Assembly (NCBI GenBank): GCA_964016885.1
Contig: OZ024759.1
Span: 4,712,001-4,776,000, forward strand
DNA length: 64,000 nt
Direction of reading: 5' to 3'
DNA from: Eledone cirrhosa
Lineage: Eukaryota
The notes under the pieces are model-generated. The model saw only the letters and a list, made by a program, of their open reading frames with translations. It was not told the DNA's origin and did not search any database. Below are positions 62,121 to 64,000 of the stretch, one piece after another. The position numbers were made by a program, and so were the translations under genes. Position 1 is the stretch's first letter. Every line of letters starts with the position of its first letter.

Positions 62121-63350
62121 TTCTATTAGTTTGCCGTAATAAATTTTTAACTGGAAAATTCGCCCCAAAAAGGGGCGAAAATAAATAAACTCAAAGTTTG
62201 ACGACCAAGGCAAGGGGTTAACGTATATTACAGTATAAAAAAATTAATCAAAACTCACTTTTTGAGTAAGTAAATCCGACTCGGTAGCCGAGCTTGTTCA
62301 CACACGTCAACACACGTCTCTCGTATACGAGATGTTATGTGAGATATTATGTGAGGTAAAGCCTTTACTGTGAAAATACAATAGTATATATAGAGTAATG
62401 TAAATGTTATGTGAAATATTATGTGAGGTAAAGCCTTTACCACAAAAATACAATAGTATATATAGAGTCATGTAAATGTTATGTGAGGTATTATGTGAGG
62501 TAAAGCCTTTACTGTGAAAATACAATAGTATATATAGAGTAATGTAAATGTTATGTGAGATATTATGTGAGGTAAAGCCTTTACTGTGACAATACAATAG
62601 TATATATAGAGTAATGTAAATGTTATGTGAGGTATTATGTGAGGTAAAGCCTTTACTGTGACAATACAATAGTATATATAGAGTAATGTAAATGTTATGT
62701 GAGATATTATGTAAGATAAAGCCTTTACTGTGAAAATACAATAGTATATATAGAGTAATGTAAATGTTATGTGAGATATTATGTGAGGTAAAGCCTTTAC
62801 TGTGACAATACAATAGTATATATAGAGTAATGTAAATGTTATGTGAGGTATTATGTGAGGTAAAGCCTTTACTGTGAAAATACAATAGTATATATAGAGT
62901 AATGTAAATGTTATGTGAGGTATTATGTGAGGTAAAGCCTTTACTGTGAAAATACAATAGTATATATAGAGTAATGTAAATGTTATGTAAGGTATTATGT
63001 GAAGTAAAGCCTTTACTGTGAAAATACAATAGTATATATAGAGTCATGTAAATGCTAAAGAGTTAAAACATAACTTAACAAATGTTCTTACATAAAGTTA
63101 GGATAGAAGGTTTTAAGATAGTTATAAACATTTTATCATAAACTAAGATGCGTGGCTTTGTGTTTAGAGTATTCGCCTCACAATCGTAAGGTCATGAGTT
63201 TGTTTACCAGCGGAGTGTTGTGTCCTTGAGCAAGACACTTTATTTCATATTGTTCCAGTTCACTCAGCTGGCAAAAATGAGTTGTACCTGTAATTCAAAG
63301 GGTCAGCCTTGTCACACTCTGTGTCATGCTGAATCTCCCTGAGAGCTATG

Positions 63351-63579
63351 TTAACCCTTTAGCATTTAAACTGGCCGTATCCGGCCAGAATTTTCTCACC
63401 TCTTTCTGTTCAAACCAGCCATAACTGGCTGCTCATACTTATGTGAAGGTATTATTCTCAAAATATATAATATCAAAATCTCATAGATTTGATATTATGT
63501 GAGATAATTATGTAAGATAAAGCCTTTACCACAAAAATGTAATATTAGATATGGAGTAATGTAAATGCTAAAGGGTTAA
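63351..63579 (-). mobile_element. Intact piggyBac-like MITE (about 225 bp) inserted at TTAA within a SINE; other copies at 12147-12305, 12319-15030, 20232-20459, 24728-24947 and 52182-52352
   Basis: 14-bp TIR CCCTTTAGCATTTA and TTAA duplication. Confidence 0.82.
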
Positions 63580-64000
63580 GGGTATGCATGTCTGTGGAAT
63601 ACTCAGCCACTTGCACGTTAATTTCATGAGCAGGCTGTTCCAGTAATAGTGTCAACTGGAACACTCATTGTTGTAACCGACAGTGCCAGTTCAAGTTCAA
63701 GGGGTAGAGTTGATTCAGACAGTTTGGTATCCAAACAGTTAAACAATTAGGAACATGTGTGTTTCATGCCATTTATAAATAAATGTCTTTAGGTGACATT
63801 CTAGAACAGAAGTTCTCAAACTTTTTGGGGCCATCGCCCCCCACACGGCCTTGTAATACCATCTAAAACACCACACCTATTTCCAGAGAGACCTACCTAC
63901 AAGCAAATTGTAAATAATATAAAAAAAAGGAACGATTGACTTTCGTCAAATCGGACCGAGGAAACAATGTTTCCGTTGGTCTTTCCAATTGCTAATACTA

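Larger units (their letters stand above)
56682..62331 (-). mobile_element. Full-length L1/Tx1-clade non-LTR retrotransposon
   Basis: Two intact ORFs with short UTRs; AATAAA just before the 3' end; embedded in a 72-bp tandem array. Confidence 0.92.
55834..63066 (-). mobile_element. Same piggyBac-like MITE, expanded into a 72/60-bp array and hosting a SINE and the Tx1-like LINE
   Basis: TTAA-CCGTTTAGCATTTA left end, TAAATGCTAAAGAG-TTAA right end; array at about 56215-56681 and 62332-63050. Confidence 0.8.

Noticed and set aside
62121-62213. N-terminal extension of Tx1 ORF1 in the ORF track
   Set aside because: Begins at a TTG; the first ATG is at 62120, so the region is more likely 5' UTR (it contains the hairpin ttcgcccc-aaaaa-ggggcgaa)
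62307-63047. 246-aa repetitive hydrophobic ORF
   Set aside because: Translation of the 72-bp MITE-derived tandem array

Overview
Eukaryotic, repeat-rich genomic DNA. The SINE/LINE repertoire and (TA)n/(TGA)n content look molluscan, probably cephalopod (inference). The window is the interior of one minus-strand gene: a fucolectin/galactose-binding-like exon (55408-55608) followed by 14 tandem phase-1 EGF-like (MEGF10/Draper/SREC-type) exons of about 138 nt (52624 down to 9406). Three of these exons look damaged (4-nt deletion, AG>GG acceptor, Cys>Arg). The introns contain RTE-clade LINEs (two with a PHD-like finger inside the RT), an apparently intact full-length L1/Tx1-clade LINE, CR1 tails, two SINE families, piggyBac-, hAT- and Tc1/pogo-type MITEs, a 5S fragment, and a different minisatellite in most introns, several visibly seeded from local sequence. 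The most unexpected signal is a set of type-I hammerhead ribozyme motifs with palindromic stem III, inside (TA)n-flanked and often fold-back elements. Three have greatly enlarged stem II domains, and two homologous copies show covariation.
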